Positions 27,832-35,732 of a stretch of DNA of 35,732 bases are shown here, one piece after another; the stretch's first letter is position 1, and every line of letters begins with the position of its first letter. The DNA lies in NCBI GenBank assembly GCA_964248365.1, contig CAXTYC010000044.1, forward strand, positions 1-35,732, written 5' to 3'. The notes below the pieces were generated by a model that saw only the letters and a program-made list of their open reading frames with translations, ran no database searches and was not told the origin of the DNA. Position numbers and translations under genes: made by a program. The DNA is from an uncultured Chroococcidiopsis sp. (GTDB lineage Bacteria > Cyanobacteriota > Cyanobacteriia > Cyanobacteriales > Chroococcidiopsidaceae).

Positions 27832-28704
27832 GTGAAGGTAGGATTTCTTGGGACTGGGCTAATGGGAGTGCCAATGGCGCAGAGGCTATTAGCAGCAAAT
27901 ATAGAGCTAGTGGCTTACAATCGTACTAGAGAAAAATTAGCACCACTGGAAGAAGCGGGAGGAGCGATCGCTCCCACCCCCGATCAAGTTATTGCTGCAT
28001 CTGAGTGTGTAATTCTGATGCTTACCAATGCTGCTGCTATTCAAAATGTATTGTTATCAGAAGCTTCCCGACAACAGCTAGCCGGACGAACTGTAATTCA
28101 AATGGGAACGATCACCCCTACCGAAAGTAAAGCAATTAGAGACGAAGTGGTTGCAAACGGCGGCGACTATCTAGAAGCACCAGTTTTGGGTAGCATTCCC
28201 GAAGCACAGGCGGGCAAACTAATTGTCATGGTAGGAGGTTCAACTGAGCAATTTCAACGTTGGTCAAATTTACTGGGTAATTTTGGCTCCCAACCGATGC
28301 TAATCGGGGAAGTCGGAACTGCTGCTGCTCTAAAACTAGCACTCAATCAATTAATTGCTTCTCTTAGCAGTGCTTTTGCTCTTAGCCTGAGCTTTGTCGA
28401 GCGTCAAGGGATTGATGTTGAATTATTTATGCAAATCCTTCGCAACAGCGCTCTTTACGCTCCCACATTTGATAAGAAGTTGCAGCGAATGCTCGATCGC
28501 AATTACTCTAATCCCAACTTTCCGACTAAGCATTTGCTCAAAGATACAGACTTGTTTATCTGTGAAGCTAAATCAATTGGATTGAATGTCAGTAGTATTG
28601 AAGGTGTGCGTCAGATTCTAGAAACTGCGATCGCTCAAGGCTTGTCCGAGGCAGATTACTCATCATTATTTTCTGCAATCATCCCTCTCGAAATCACTAG
28701 ATAG
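27832..28704 (+). CDS. NAD(P)-dependent beta-hydroxyacid dehydrogenase (3-hydroxyisobutyrate dehydrogenase / glyoxylate reductase family)
   Basis: GFLGTGLMG, YNRT, EAPVLGS, KLALNQ, KHLLKD; GTG start with a GGAGG RBS. Confidence 0.93.
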   Translation: MKVGFLGTGLMGVPMAQRLLAANIELVAYNRTREKLAPLEEAGGAIAPTPDQVIAASECVILMLTNAAAIQNVLLSEASRQQLAGRTVIQMGTITPTESKAIRDEVVANGGDYLEAPVLGSIPEAQAGKLIVMVGGSTEQFQRWSNLLGNFGSQPMLIGEVGTAAALKLALNQLIASLSSAFALSLSFVERQGIDVELFMQILRNSALYAPTFDKKLQRMLDRNYSNPNFPTKHLLKDTDLFICEAKSIGLNVSSIEGVRQILETAIAQGLSEADYSSLFSAIIPLEITR

Positions 28705-28707
28705 TTA

Positions 28708-28745
28708 GTCGGGTAAGACAGCCCCCTAAGAACCGGACTTGACAG
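28708..28745 (-). mobile_element. 3' terminal fragment of a group II intron (half of domain V plus a short domain VI)
   Basis: Minus strand reads CTGTCAAGTCCGGTTCTTAGGGGGCTGTCTTACCCGAC: the domain V 3' strand, a GGGGG...ACCC stem with a bulged A, and a terminal AC. Confidence 0.65.
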
Positions 28746-28794
28746 GGTAAAGAGGTATTGCGGTAAAGGTAATTCCTCCCCTTTGCTCCCCAAC

Positions 28795-28969
28795 TCAAAA
28801 GTGATTGGCGGTATCTGGATGAGATTTGACTCTTTCTTGAAGCTGTTCTGGCTTACGAGCGGTAGCTACGAGGCGCTTACCATGCTTCAATACTGCCACG
28901 GAAGTGCGATCGCCCAAATCCAGATGTACAGCCAGTAATCTACCAGACTTTTGAGTTGTTGTCAGCCAT
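28795..28969 (-). pseudogene. SDR oxidoreductase N-terminal pseudogene fragment
   Basis: MADNNSKVW*ITGCTSGFGR, then a frameshift to AVLKHGKRLVATARKPEQLQE. Confidence 0.75.
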
Positions 28970-29433
28970 GATGCATTTCCTAGTCTAGATCAAAGTTTTT
29001 TCTGACTCAAATCAGCATTCTCTAATACCCAGCTAATACTAATTTTTAATTGAATAACAATCTACCATTCATTGGTAAAAATGTAAATGTTTACAGCATT
29101 ACTTAATTGAAATAGCAGATTATTTAAAATAAAACTTAATCGTTTTAGAGCGTTATTTATATTTAATCAATTATCTATTAACTGATATTATAAACTCTAA
29201 TTTTTTACAAAAATATATAATTATTACTCCAGCTATTTTAATATTTTACTTGTGTATACTCGATATTTAGAAAGAAATATTTATAAAATATTTATTAGTT
29301 GTAAATTCATTACGATCCAAATTATATTGACTTTTATTTTTATTGATGTATAAACAAAGAGGTTAATTTTTCTGCAATATTCTGAAAAATAACTATTGCA
29401 AAATGCAAGATGCATTACCTTAAGAGGTACAAA

Positions 29434-30735
29434 GTGAAGTCAAATAACAAATCACAAAGCCAATTATTCCTTGCTGTAATTTATAGAGTAATTTTGCTTA
29501 GTACCGCCATAGTACCAGCGCTTAATTGGTTAACATCAGCAGCGTCAGCCGCCCCAGTTGGGGCTAAAAGTGCTGATGCCTTTGTGGATAGCATTGGAGT
29601 GAACACTCACTTGGACTATAGTGGGAGTCCTTACCAGAGATTCAACGACCTGGTTAAACCCCGCCTACAGGAACTTGGTGTTCGTCACATCCGTGATGGT
29701 GTTCACCCACAGGAGGAGTTATTAAACAAGCTGAAGGAACTCAGTCAGCTTGGCATCAAATCAAACCTAGTTTTCAACAACTCGTTTAATGAAGTTGTCA
29801 ACATCGCCAAGGCAACCGCAGGTTCAATAGAAGCAGTAGAAGGTCCGAACGAGACAGATCTAGAAGTATCCAATTTCTCCTACAACGGGCAAAAATTCCC
29901 CGAAGGCACTCGCGCCTATCAACAAGGTTTATACAATGCCATAAAGAATGACTCTGCCACCAATTATCTACCAGTTGTACTGCCGTCAATGGGGTGGGGC
30001 GAAGATGCCCAAAAATTGGGATATCTAGAGTGGGGCGATTACTGCAATATGCATAGCTATCCAAATATAGGTGCGCGTCCTACCCATGATATCGATTGGT
30101 ATTTTATACCCAACGCACGGAAAATTTGCGGTGAATCCAAGCCAATAATAGCGACAGAAACCGGATATCATAATGCGATCGCCGATCAATACGGACTCTC
30201 GGAAGAGGCTACGGGTAAATATCTACCTCGGCTATTGCTAGAAAACTTCAACCGCAACATCAAACGGTCATATCTTTACGAGTTAATCGATCAGGGAACT
30301 GGCTCTTCTCAACAAGATCATTTCGGACTGCTGCGCTACGATGGCTCTCCCAAACCAGCTTTTACAGCAATTAGAAACTTAATTTCCTTGTTGACCGAGC
30401 GAGGAGCCAATTTTACACCAGGAAGCCTAGATTACACTCTGAGCGGTGATAACAAAGACTTGCATAGTACGCTGTTGCAAAAGAGTAGTGGTGAGTTTTA
30501 CCTGATTTTGTGGCAAGATGCCGAAAGCTGGAACGACGCAAACGAGAAAGACGTTGCTGTTGCTAAGCGAGAAATTACCGTTAATCTGAATACATTTATC
30601 AGCAAAGCTGAGGTCTACGAACCGAAAAATTCGACAACCTCAATCTTGACATCTAACGCTTCGAGCGGCGATCGCCTTGGGCAAGTAACTGTGTCTGTAC
30701 CAGATCATCCATTAGTCATCAAGCTAGTTCCTTAA
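29434..30735 (+). CDS. Secreted clan-A glycoside-hydrolase-like protein
   Basis: Signal-peptide-like N-terminus ending AASA-AP; FVDSIGVNTH, LGVRHIRD, EGPNETD (acid/base-like), NMHSYP, ATETGY (nucleophile-like), FGLLRYDGSPKPAF. Start is GTG 29434 with AGAGG upstream; ATG 29410 is the alternative. Confidence 0.75.
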   Translation: MKSNNKSQSQLFLAVIYRVILLSTAIVPALNWLTSAASAAPVGAKSADAFVDSIGVNTHLDYSGSPYQRFNDLVKPRLQELGVRHIRDGVHPQEELLNKLKELSQLGIKSNLVFNNSFNEVVNIAKATAGSIEAVEGPNETDLEVSNFSYNGQKFPEGTRAYQQGLYNAIKNDSATNYLPVVLPSMGWGEDAQKLGYLEWGDYCNMHSYPNIGARPTHDIDWYFIPNARKICGESKPIIATETGYHNAIADQYGLSEEATGKYLPRLLLENFNRNIKRSYLYELIDQGTGSSQQDHFGLLRYDGSPKPAFTAIRNLISLLTERGANFTPGSLDYTLSGDNKDLHSTLLQKSSGEFYLILWQDAESWNDANEKDVAVAKREITVNLNTFISKAEVYEPKNSTTSILTSNASSGDRLGQVTVSVPDHPLVIKLVP

Positions 30736-30745
30736 CATCTTAAGA

Positions 30746-30780
30746 GACTTGGGACTTGGGACTTGGGACTTGGGACTTGG
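30746..30780. repeat. STRR heptamer GACTTGG x5
   Basis: Directly visible between convergent genes. Confidence 0.9.
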
Positions 30781-30842
30781 GAGTTAGTAGTTTTGTAGTT
30801 TTGTAGTTCTCCCCCTCTCCCACTCTCCCCTGATTCCCCCTC

Positions 30843-33578
30843 TCAATTGGGTGGATCAAATCGATTGGCAACAGTGGCGATCGCAATCATTGGTAAACTT
30901 GCACCGATACAAATTAACCACTGATCCAGGGTCATCGGAGCGGTTTTGAACACACCGTTGATAAATGTGGAGTTGCTGAAAATAATTTGCAGCGTGACGG
31001 CTACGACTAGTCCAAGCGCTAATGCCGGAGCGCCCTGCACCTTTTGGGTCGAACCTCTCAATTTTGCAACCAGGGAGGGTACAAGTTGGCTGATGCTAAG
31101 TAGATAAATAATTCGTCCCATGACCAACGCCTGAATTGCCATTGTGCGAGCTAGTTCCAGGCTACCCCAGTCTGCTTGTCGCACCCACTCAAACATTCCG
31201 AAAATTAATGTCCAGTTATAAAGTGAAACTGCCAAAATTCGCTTGATCCGGTTAATGGTTAGGAATTGTTCGTTTGCCGGACGTGGTGGGCGTTTCATCA
31301 CCTTGCTAGACTTCGGCTCAAATGAGAGCGGAACGGTCATCGTGATCGAGTTGAGCATATTTAGCCAGAGAATCTGTAAGGACAGAATCGGTAATTCTCG
31401 ACCCAGCAAGGTGCTGATCAAAATCGTCATGGATTCTCCACCATTGACTGGTAAGATGAAGCAGATCGCCTTAATCAAATTCTTGTAGACTGATCGCCCT
31501 TCTTCGACGGCAGATTCGATGGAGGCAAAATTATCATCGGTTAAAATCATGTCGGCAGCTTCCTTAGAAACCTCCGTACCGCTGCCCATCGCAATCCCAA
31601 TATCTGCCTGCTTGAGTGCTGGGGCATCGTTCACCCCGTCGCCCGTCATGGCAACAATTTCACCTCTAGATTGCAATGCTTCCACCAGGCGCAGTTTTTG
31701 TTCGGGTGCAACCCGCGCAAAGACCACGCCCTCTTGAACTGCATTTGCCAGTTCTGACCCATTCATCTGCGCCAGTTCTGCTCCAGTGTAGGCGATTATC
31801 TTCTTGTCTTTACGAAGTCCCATGCGGCGAGCGATCGCGCTGGCAGTGGTGACGTGATCGCCTGTGATCATCTTCACTCCAATTCCGGCAGATTGGCAGC
31901 CATGAACAGCAGCAATTGCCTCTGGGCGGGGCGGATCAATCATGCCCTGAAGACCCAAAAAGACTAACCCAGATTCGAGATCGCTGTGATTGACTCTGGA
32001 TTGATTCAATGGTACAATTATTTTAGCAAAGGTTAGCACCCGCAACCCTTGCCGCGCCATGTTGTTAATCTGCTGCTCAATGATTTGGCGATCGAGCATA
32101 ACTGCATTGCCCTGCGCATCCAAACTGGCAGCACAACGAGGAAGTAACGCTTCTGCCGAACCTTTGACGTAAATAGTTCGCTGCTGAGTGTCTGCTTCAT
32201 GCAGCGTTGCCATATACTGAAACTGCGACTCAAAAGGAATCGAATCTAGCCTGGGGTGCGATCGCATCACCTCGGTTACAGATAAACTTGCCTTCAGTCC
32301 AGCAGTAATTAACGCTCCTTCTGTCGGATCGCCAATCACAACCCACTTACCATCTTTTTGCTCTAAATGGGAGTCGTTGCACAACAGCCCTGACAGTAAA
32401 CATTCCTGCAATGCGGCATTAGGTGCAACATGAGAAGATGATGCCTCGTCCCCCTGAAAGATTTCTCCATCTGGGTTGTATCCCTGACCTGTGAGGCTGT
32501 AGGTTATCCCGCCTGTATAGATTTCCTGCACAGTCATCTGGTTTTCAGTCAAAGTGCCTGTTTTGTCGGAACAGATCACCGTTGCACTTCCCAACGTTTC
32601 CACCGCTGGCAACTTGCGAATGATGGCATGACGACGTGCCATACGCGCTACCCCAATCGCCAGTGTTACGGTAATCACCGCTGGTAAACCCTCTGGAATG
32701 GCTCCCACAATTAAAGCAACAGCTGCTTCGACTGCATCATTAAAACTGCGTTGCCCCAAACCAACGGCAAAAGTTAATGTTGCCATGCCCAACACAAAAA
32801 ACAGCCAATTTTGACTGAATTGATTAAACTTGCGTGTGAGGGGCGTAGTCAGGTCTACCCGTTGCTCAATCAGGCTAGAAATTTTGCCCGTTTCCGTACT
32901 GCTACCCGTTGCAATCACAATGCCCGTACCTTGCCCAAAGGTAACAAAGCCTCCAGCATACGCCATGTTGGTGCGCTCTGCTAGGGGCGTTTCTGCTTCC
33001 AGTGCTGGAGATTTCGCGTCATTTGCATCTTTCTCAACTGCAACCGATTCTCCCGTCAGGGCTGATTCATCAATTTGCAGATCGCGGGTTTTGAGCAACC
33101 GCAAATCTGCTGGAACCTTATCGCCAGACGCTAATATAACAATATCTCCAGGCACTAGTTCGCTAGAGTCCACCTTCGTTTTTCTGCCGTCTCGGATGAT
33201 GGTGGCTTCGGTAGCAATGCTGCTGGCAAGAGATGCGATCGCGTCTTCTGCCTGTGCCTCCTGAAAATGGCTGATAGTGGCATTGGTGGTTGTTACGCCC
33301 CAAATCACGCCAGCATTGATCCATTCACCCAAAAGGGCTTTGATCGCCCCAGCACAGAGTAGAATAATCAACAATGGCTGATTAAATTGCAACAGGAACT
33401 TGAGCCACCCTGGTTTACCTTTTTTGCTGATTAATTCATTGCGACCAAACTGGGTTTGACGCTTGATCACCTCACCAGAAGTCAACCCAGAATCAGGATC
33501 ACTTTCTAGCTGATAAAGAATTTTGGATGCAGGAAGCTGATGCCACAACTGTTGTGGTGCAGAATTAATGGTAGCCAT
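30843..33578 (-). CDS. Cation-transporting P-type ATPase, type II (PacL/PMA1/CtpF-like)
   Basis: TGES, IPEGLP, CSDKTGT, KGSAE, DPPR, TGD, MTGDGVNDAPALK; 911 aa. Confidence 0.95.
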   Translation of the reverse strand: MATINSAPQQLWHQLPASKILYQLESDPDSGLTSGEVIKRQTQFGRNELISKKGKPGWLKFLLQFNQPLLIILLCAGAIKALLGEWINAGVIWGVTTTNATISHFQEAQAEDAIASLASSIATEATIIRDGRKTKVDSSELVPGDIVILASGDKVPADLRLLKTRDLQIDESALTGESVAVEKDANDAKSPALEAETPLAERTNMAYAGGFVTFGQGTGIVIATGSSTETGKISSLIEQRVDLTTPLTRKFNQFSQNWLFFVLGMATLTFAVGLGQRSFNDAVEAAVALIVGAIPEGLPAVITVTLAIGVARMARRHAIIRKLPAVETLGSATVICSDKTGTLTENQMTVQEIYTGGITYSLTGQGYNPDGEIFQGDEASSSHVAPNAALQECLLSGLLCNDSHLEQKDGKWVVIGDPTEGALITAGLKASLSVTEVMRSHPRLDSIPFESQFQYMATLHEADTQQRTIYVKGSAEALLPRCAASLDAQGNAVMLDRQIIEQQINNMARQGLRVLTFAKIIVPLNQSRVNHSDLESGLVFLGLQGMIDPPRPEAIAAVHGCQSAGIGVKMITGDHVTTASAIARRMGLRKDKKIIAYTGAELAQMNGSELANAVQEGVVFARVAPEQKLRLVEALQSRGEIVAMTGDGVNDAPALKQADIGIAMGSGTEVSKEAADMILTDDNFASIESAVEEGRSVYKNLIKAICFILPVNGGESMTILISTLLGRELPILSLQILWLNMLNSITMTVPLSFEPKSSKVMKRPPRPANEQFLTINRIKRILAVSLYNWTLIFGMFEWVRQADWGSLELARTMAIQALVMGRIIYLLSISQLVPSLVAKLRGSTQKVQGAPALALGLVVAVTLQIIFSNSTFINGVFKTAPMTLDQWLICIGASLPMIAIATVANRFDPPN

Positions 33579-33785
33579 AGCAATTTGATGATGGAAGTGA
33601 TCGTCATCCCCTCAAGCAAACAACACAGACAAGCCATCAAGTGGTTATTGTCGCGCTCGATTTAATCTCTGTTGGGGTTATATCACACCATAAAAGATAG
33701 ATAAGTAAAGCTTAAGCTTTGTGTAAAAAGATTCACGTTCACATGAGATGATTGCTCATTTGTGAAATAGCTTTTTACACTAAAA

Positions 33786-33807
33786 TGAATACACAGGTGT
33801 GTATTCA
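33786..33807. promoter_or_regulatory. Perfect 22-bp palindrome; candidate operator
   Basis: TGAATACACA-GG-TGTGTATTCA lies in the divergent intergenic region between the ATPase and the HTH-vWA gene. Confidence 0.55.
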
Positions 33808-33912
33808 ATAGTTGAGTATCAATAAATAGCATTGATAATTCTTGATGATTTATTGAACCCATCAAACTAGCCTGGCTGCATTTAAATATGATTTTCAAAA
33901 GTGCTGCTAATC

Positions 33913-34998
33913 ATGAATCAGCAAGAGTTTACAACTAAATTGAATGCCCTTTCCCCTCGCCGTCGCCAGGTATTATCGAAGATTCTAGCAGGGGAAAGTA
34001 ATCGGGCGATCGCTCAATCTCTTCATATTGAAGAATCGACAGTACGCAAGCATTTAGAAAAAATTTGTGAAACATTTGGCATCAAAAATGAACCAGGCGA
34101 ACGGTTTTCTAAACGCCCTGATCTCATCACATTCTTTAGTCGCTATCAACCGCAGCTAATTTCTCAAATCGTTAATAATTCTTCATCGTTTGATCTGTCA
34201 ACAGTTAAAGCTGACCATTATCTGTCGTTGCCAGGATCTACCGCGTCATTAGAATCTTTTCATCAAATGTCATCCTCGGAATTATCTTTTGATATCTACG
34301 AGCGCGATGTTTTTATTTTGATTGATCAGAGCGGTTCAATGGTGCGAAAAGATGCGGATACTGGAAATCAAACTCGATACGAATATTTAGAAGAAGTTGT
34401 TGAAGGACACGTATATACAATCCTAAATACTCGCAGTGAACCAGGTAAAAAGACAGGAAGAAAAATTTGCGATCGCGTCCTCGTATATTTTTTTAACCGT
34501 AATATAGTACCTGCAAAACCTGCGATCGTCACAGAAGCCAGCCAACTGCGTAATTTGTTTGTGCAAAATTCGCCCCGCCATAACACTCGAATTAGCCCAA
34601 CCCTTAATCATTGCCTGGATCACTGGCAAACTCATGGACTCCTCAACGGTAGGGGAGCCTTTATCATTATTTATACCGATGGTTTGTTTAACGACGAATC
34701 TCAATTTGTGGAGTGTATTGCCAGAGCTTGCACCCTAATTGAAAAACATCAAATGCTCAAGATTTTTGTACTAGGCATCGGGCAAGATATCGACGTTGAA
34801 CACTTTCTAGAACTAGATTTTGATACCTACAACCAAATGCCTTTCAACATTTTCGTTTTTGATATGGTCAATGAAGTTGAAGATATTGTCGAGCTATTAA
34901 AGCGGCAATCGATTGATACTTCCTATCTAACATTACCAAATTGGGTGCGGCAACGCCATCCAACTTTCTCAGAGCGAGTCATGCAACAGGCAAGGTAA
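33913..34998 (+). CDS. LuxR-type HTH fused to a von Willebrand factor A (vWA) domain
   Basis: N-terminal LSPRRRQVL...GESNRAIAQSLHIEESTVRKHL; MIDAS DQSGS, NT, YTDG; VLGIG. GTG 33901 is an alternative start. Confidence 0.85.
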   Translation: MNQQEFTTKLNALSPRRRQVLSKILAGESNRAIAQSLHIEESTVRKHLEKICETFGIKNEPGERFSKRPDLITFFSRYQPQLISQIVNNSSSFDLSTVKADHYLSLPGSTASLESFHQMSSSELSFDIYERDVFILIDQSGSMVRKDADTGNQTRYEYLEEVVEGHVYTILNTRSEPGKKTGRKICDRVLVYFFNRNIVPAKPAIVTEASQLRNLFVQNSPRHNTRISPTLNHCLDHWQTHGLLNGRGAFIIIYTDGLFNDESQFVECIARACTLIEKHQMLKIFVLGIGQDIDVEHFLELDFDTYNQMPFNIFVFDMVNEVEDIVELLKRQSIDTSYLTLPNWVRQRHPTFSERVMQQAR

Positions 34999-35073
34999 AC
35001 AGGCTGTTGACTTCTAGTTACCAGGCTGAGCCTGATAACTAGAGATGAGAGGCTCAGCCTCATATTTTGTAAC

Positions 35074-35469
35074 TTAAAGTATTTGTTGAAAAAGACCGAT
35101 TAGATTGCCATCAGGATCACGAAGATAAGCTGTTTTAATTCCATAATAGGGATTACTTAAAGGTTGTGTCGTAAATTCAATTTGCTGATGTTTTAATTGT
35201 TGATATACCTCTTCCACATCAGGGAGGGCAAAAATTAACAAAACTCTATCTTGGCATTCTGCATGAAAGGGTTTACTAGCATTTCCAATCATCTCCGCCA
35301 TTTCCTGTCGCCTAAATAAGGCTAACTTCATATCGCCAGCTAAAAACTCAGCATATCCGCTATTTAGATCTTCCATAGTTACTTTAAATCCCATCACATC
35401 TCGATAGAAAACAAAGCAAGCTTCCAGATCAGAAACTAAAAGTCTTGTGTATGAAGTTATAACTTTCAT
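35074..35469 (-). CDS. VOC/glyoxalase family protein
   Basis: RLLVSDLEACFVFYRDVMGF...YGIKTAYLRDPDGNLIGL. Confidence 0.92.
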   Translation of the reverse strand: MKVITSYTRLLVSDLEACFVFYRDVMGFKVTMEDLNSGYAEFLAGDMKLALFRRQEMAEMIGNASKPFHAECQDRVLLIFALPDVEEVYQQLKHQQIEFTTQPLSNPYYGIKTAYLRDPDGNLIGLFQQIL

Positions 35470-35506
35470 TGAACAATTACCTATTATTAATCAAAACCTA
35501 AATCAA

Positions 35507-35559
35507 GTAGGGTGGGTATTGCCCACCAATCTAATAATCGTGGGCATTGCCCACCCTAC
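35507..35559. repeat. REPIN-like doublet of GTAG REP hairpins
   Basis: GTAGGGTGGGTATTGCCCACC (35507-35527) and the inverted GTGGGCATTGCCCACCCTAC (35540-35559); same family as the repeats at 9997 and 10741. Confidence 0.8.
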
Positions 35560-35732
35560 TAGATCATCTACTGTTCACTAAATAAAGTATTTAAGCCGAT
35601 ATGATATCACATACAAGTACAATATCTAAATACAATTAGGGTAGCGATCGCAACCCCTACCCCAAGAAAAAATACACTACAGCATATTGCAGATAAATGG
35701 GGTACATTAGTATCAGTGTATCAATGGGTAAA

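Noticed and set aside
15393..34704. Numerous 60-144-aa ORFs overlapping the kinase, helicase, uvrA, ATPase and HTH-vWA genes
   Set aside because: They are antisense or alternate-frame shadows of well-supported genes, with no independent motifs.

Overview
Cyanobacterial chromosomal DNA, probably from a filamentous or Nostocales-like strain: HIP1 GCGATCGC octamers are abundant from about 7 kb onward, heptamer tandem repeats (STRR) fill many intergenic gaps, and GTAG-type REP hairpins are present. Bases 1-5731 look like the right end of a decayed island integrated at tRNA-Asn. They end in a 44-bp 3' tRNA-Asn(GTT) fragment preceded by four TTGTATCA repeats, and contain nested or broken IS1, IS5 (two), ISKra4-like, IS4 and IS630 remnants, a truncated membrane-protein gene and an IS-split UvrD-like helicase. 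The rest is mostly backbone: an SDR, a CopZ-like chaperone, alaS, a repeat-flanked RelE-type TA cassette, Uma2, a methyltransferase pseudogene cut by IS701, a DUF2235 hydrolase, a CHASE-PAS hybrid kinase, an XPB-like helicase with a DUF790 (Bax1-like) nuclease, a fused antitoxin-nucleotidyltransferase, a cupin, uvrA, an atypical cytochrome b6 paralogue, a beta-hydroxyacid dehydrogenase, a secreted clan-A glycoside hydrolase-like protein, a P-type ATPase, an HTH-vWA protein and a VOC protein. The strongest leads are: (i) the HTH-vWA regulator with a perfect 22-bp palindrome and a divergent P-type ATPase; (ii) an unexplained multi-stem structured element of about 260 bp at 14971-15228; (iii) the XPB/Bax1-like pair near uvrA; (iv) the MenA/MenT-like fusion; (v) a 38-bp palindromic mini-element inserted in frame in a transposase. 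All family assignments come from motif recognition by eye; no database searches were run.
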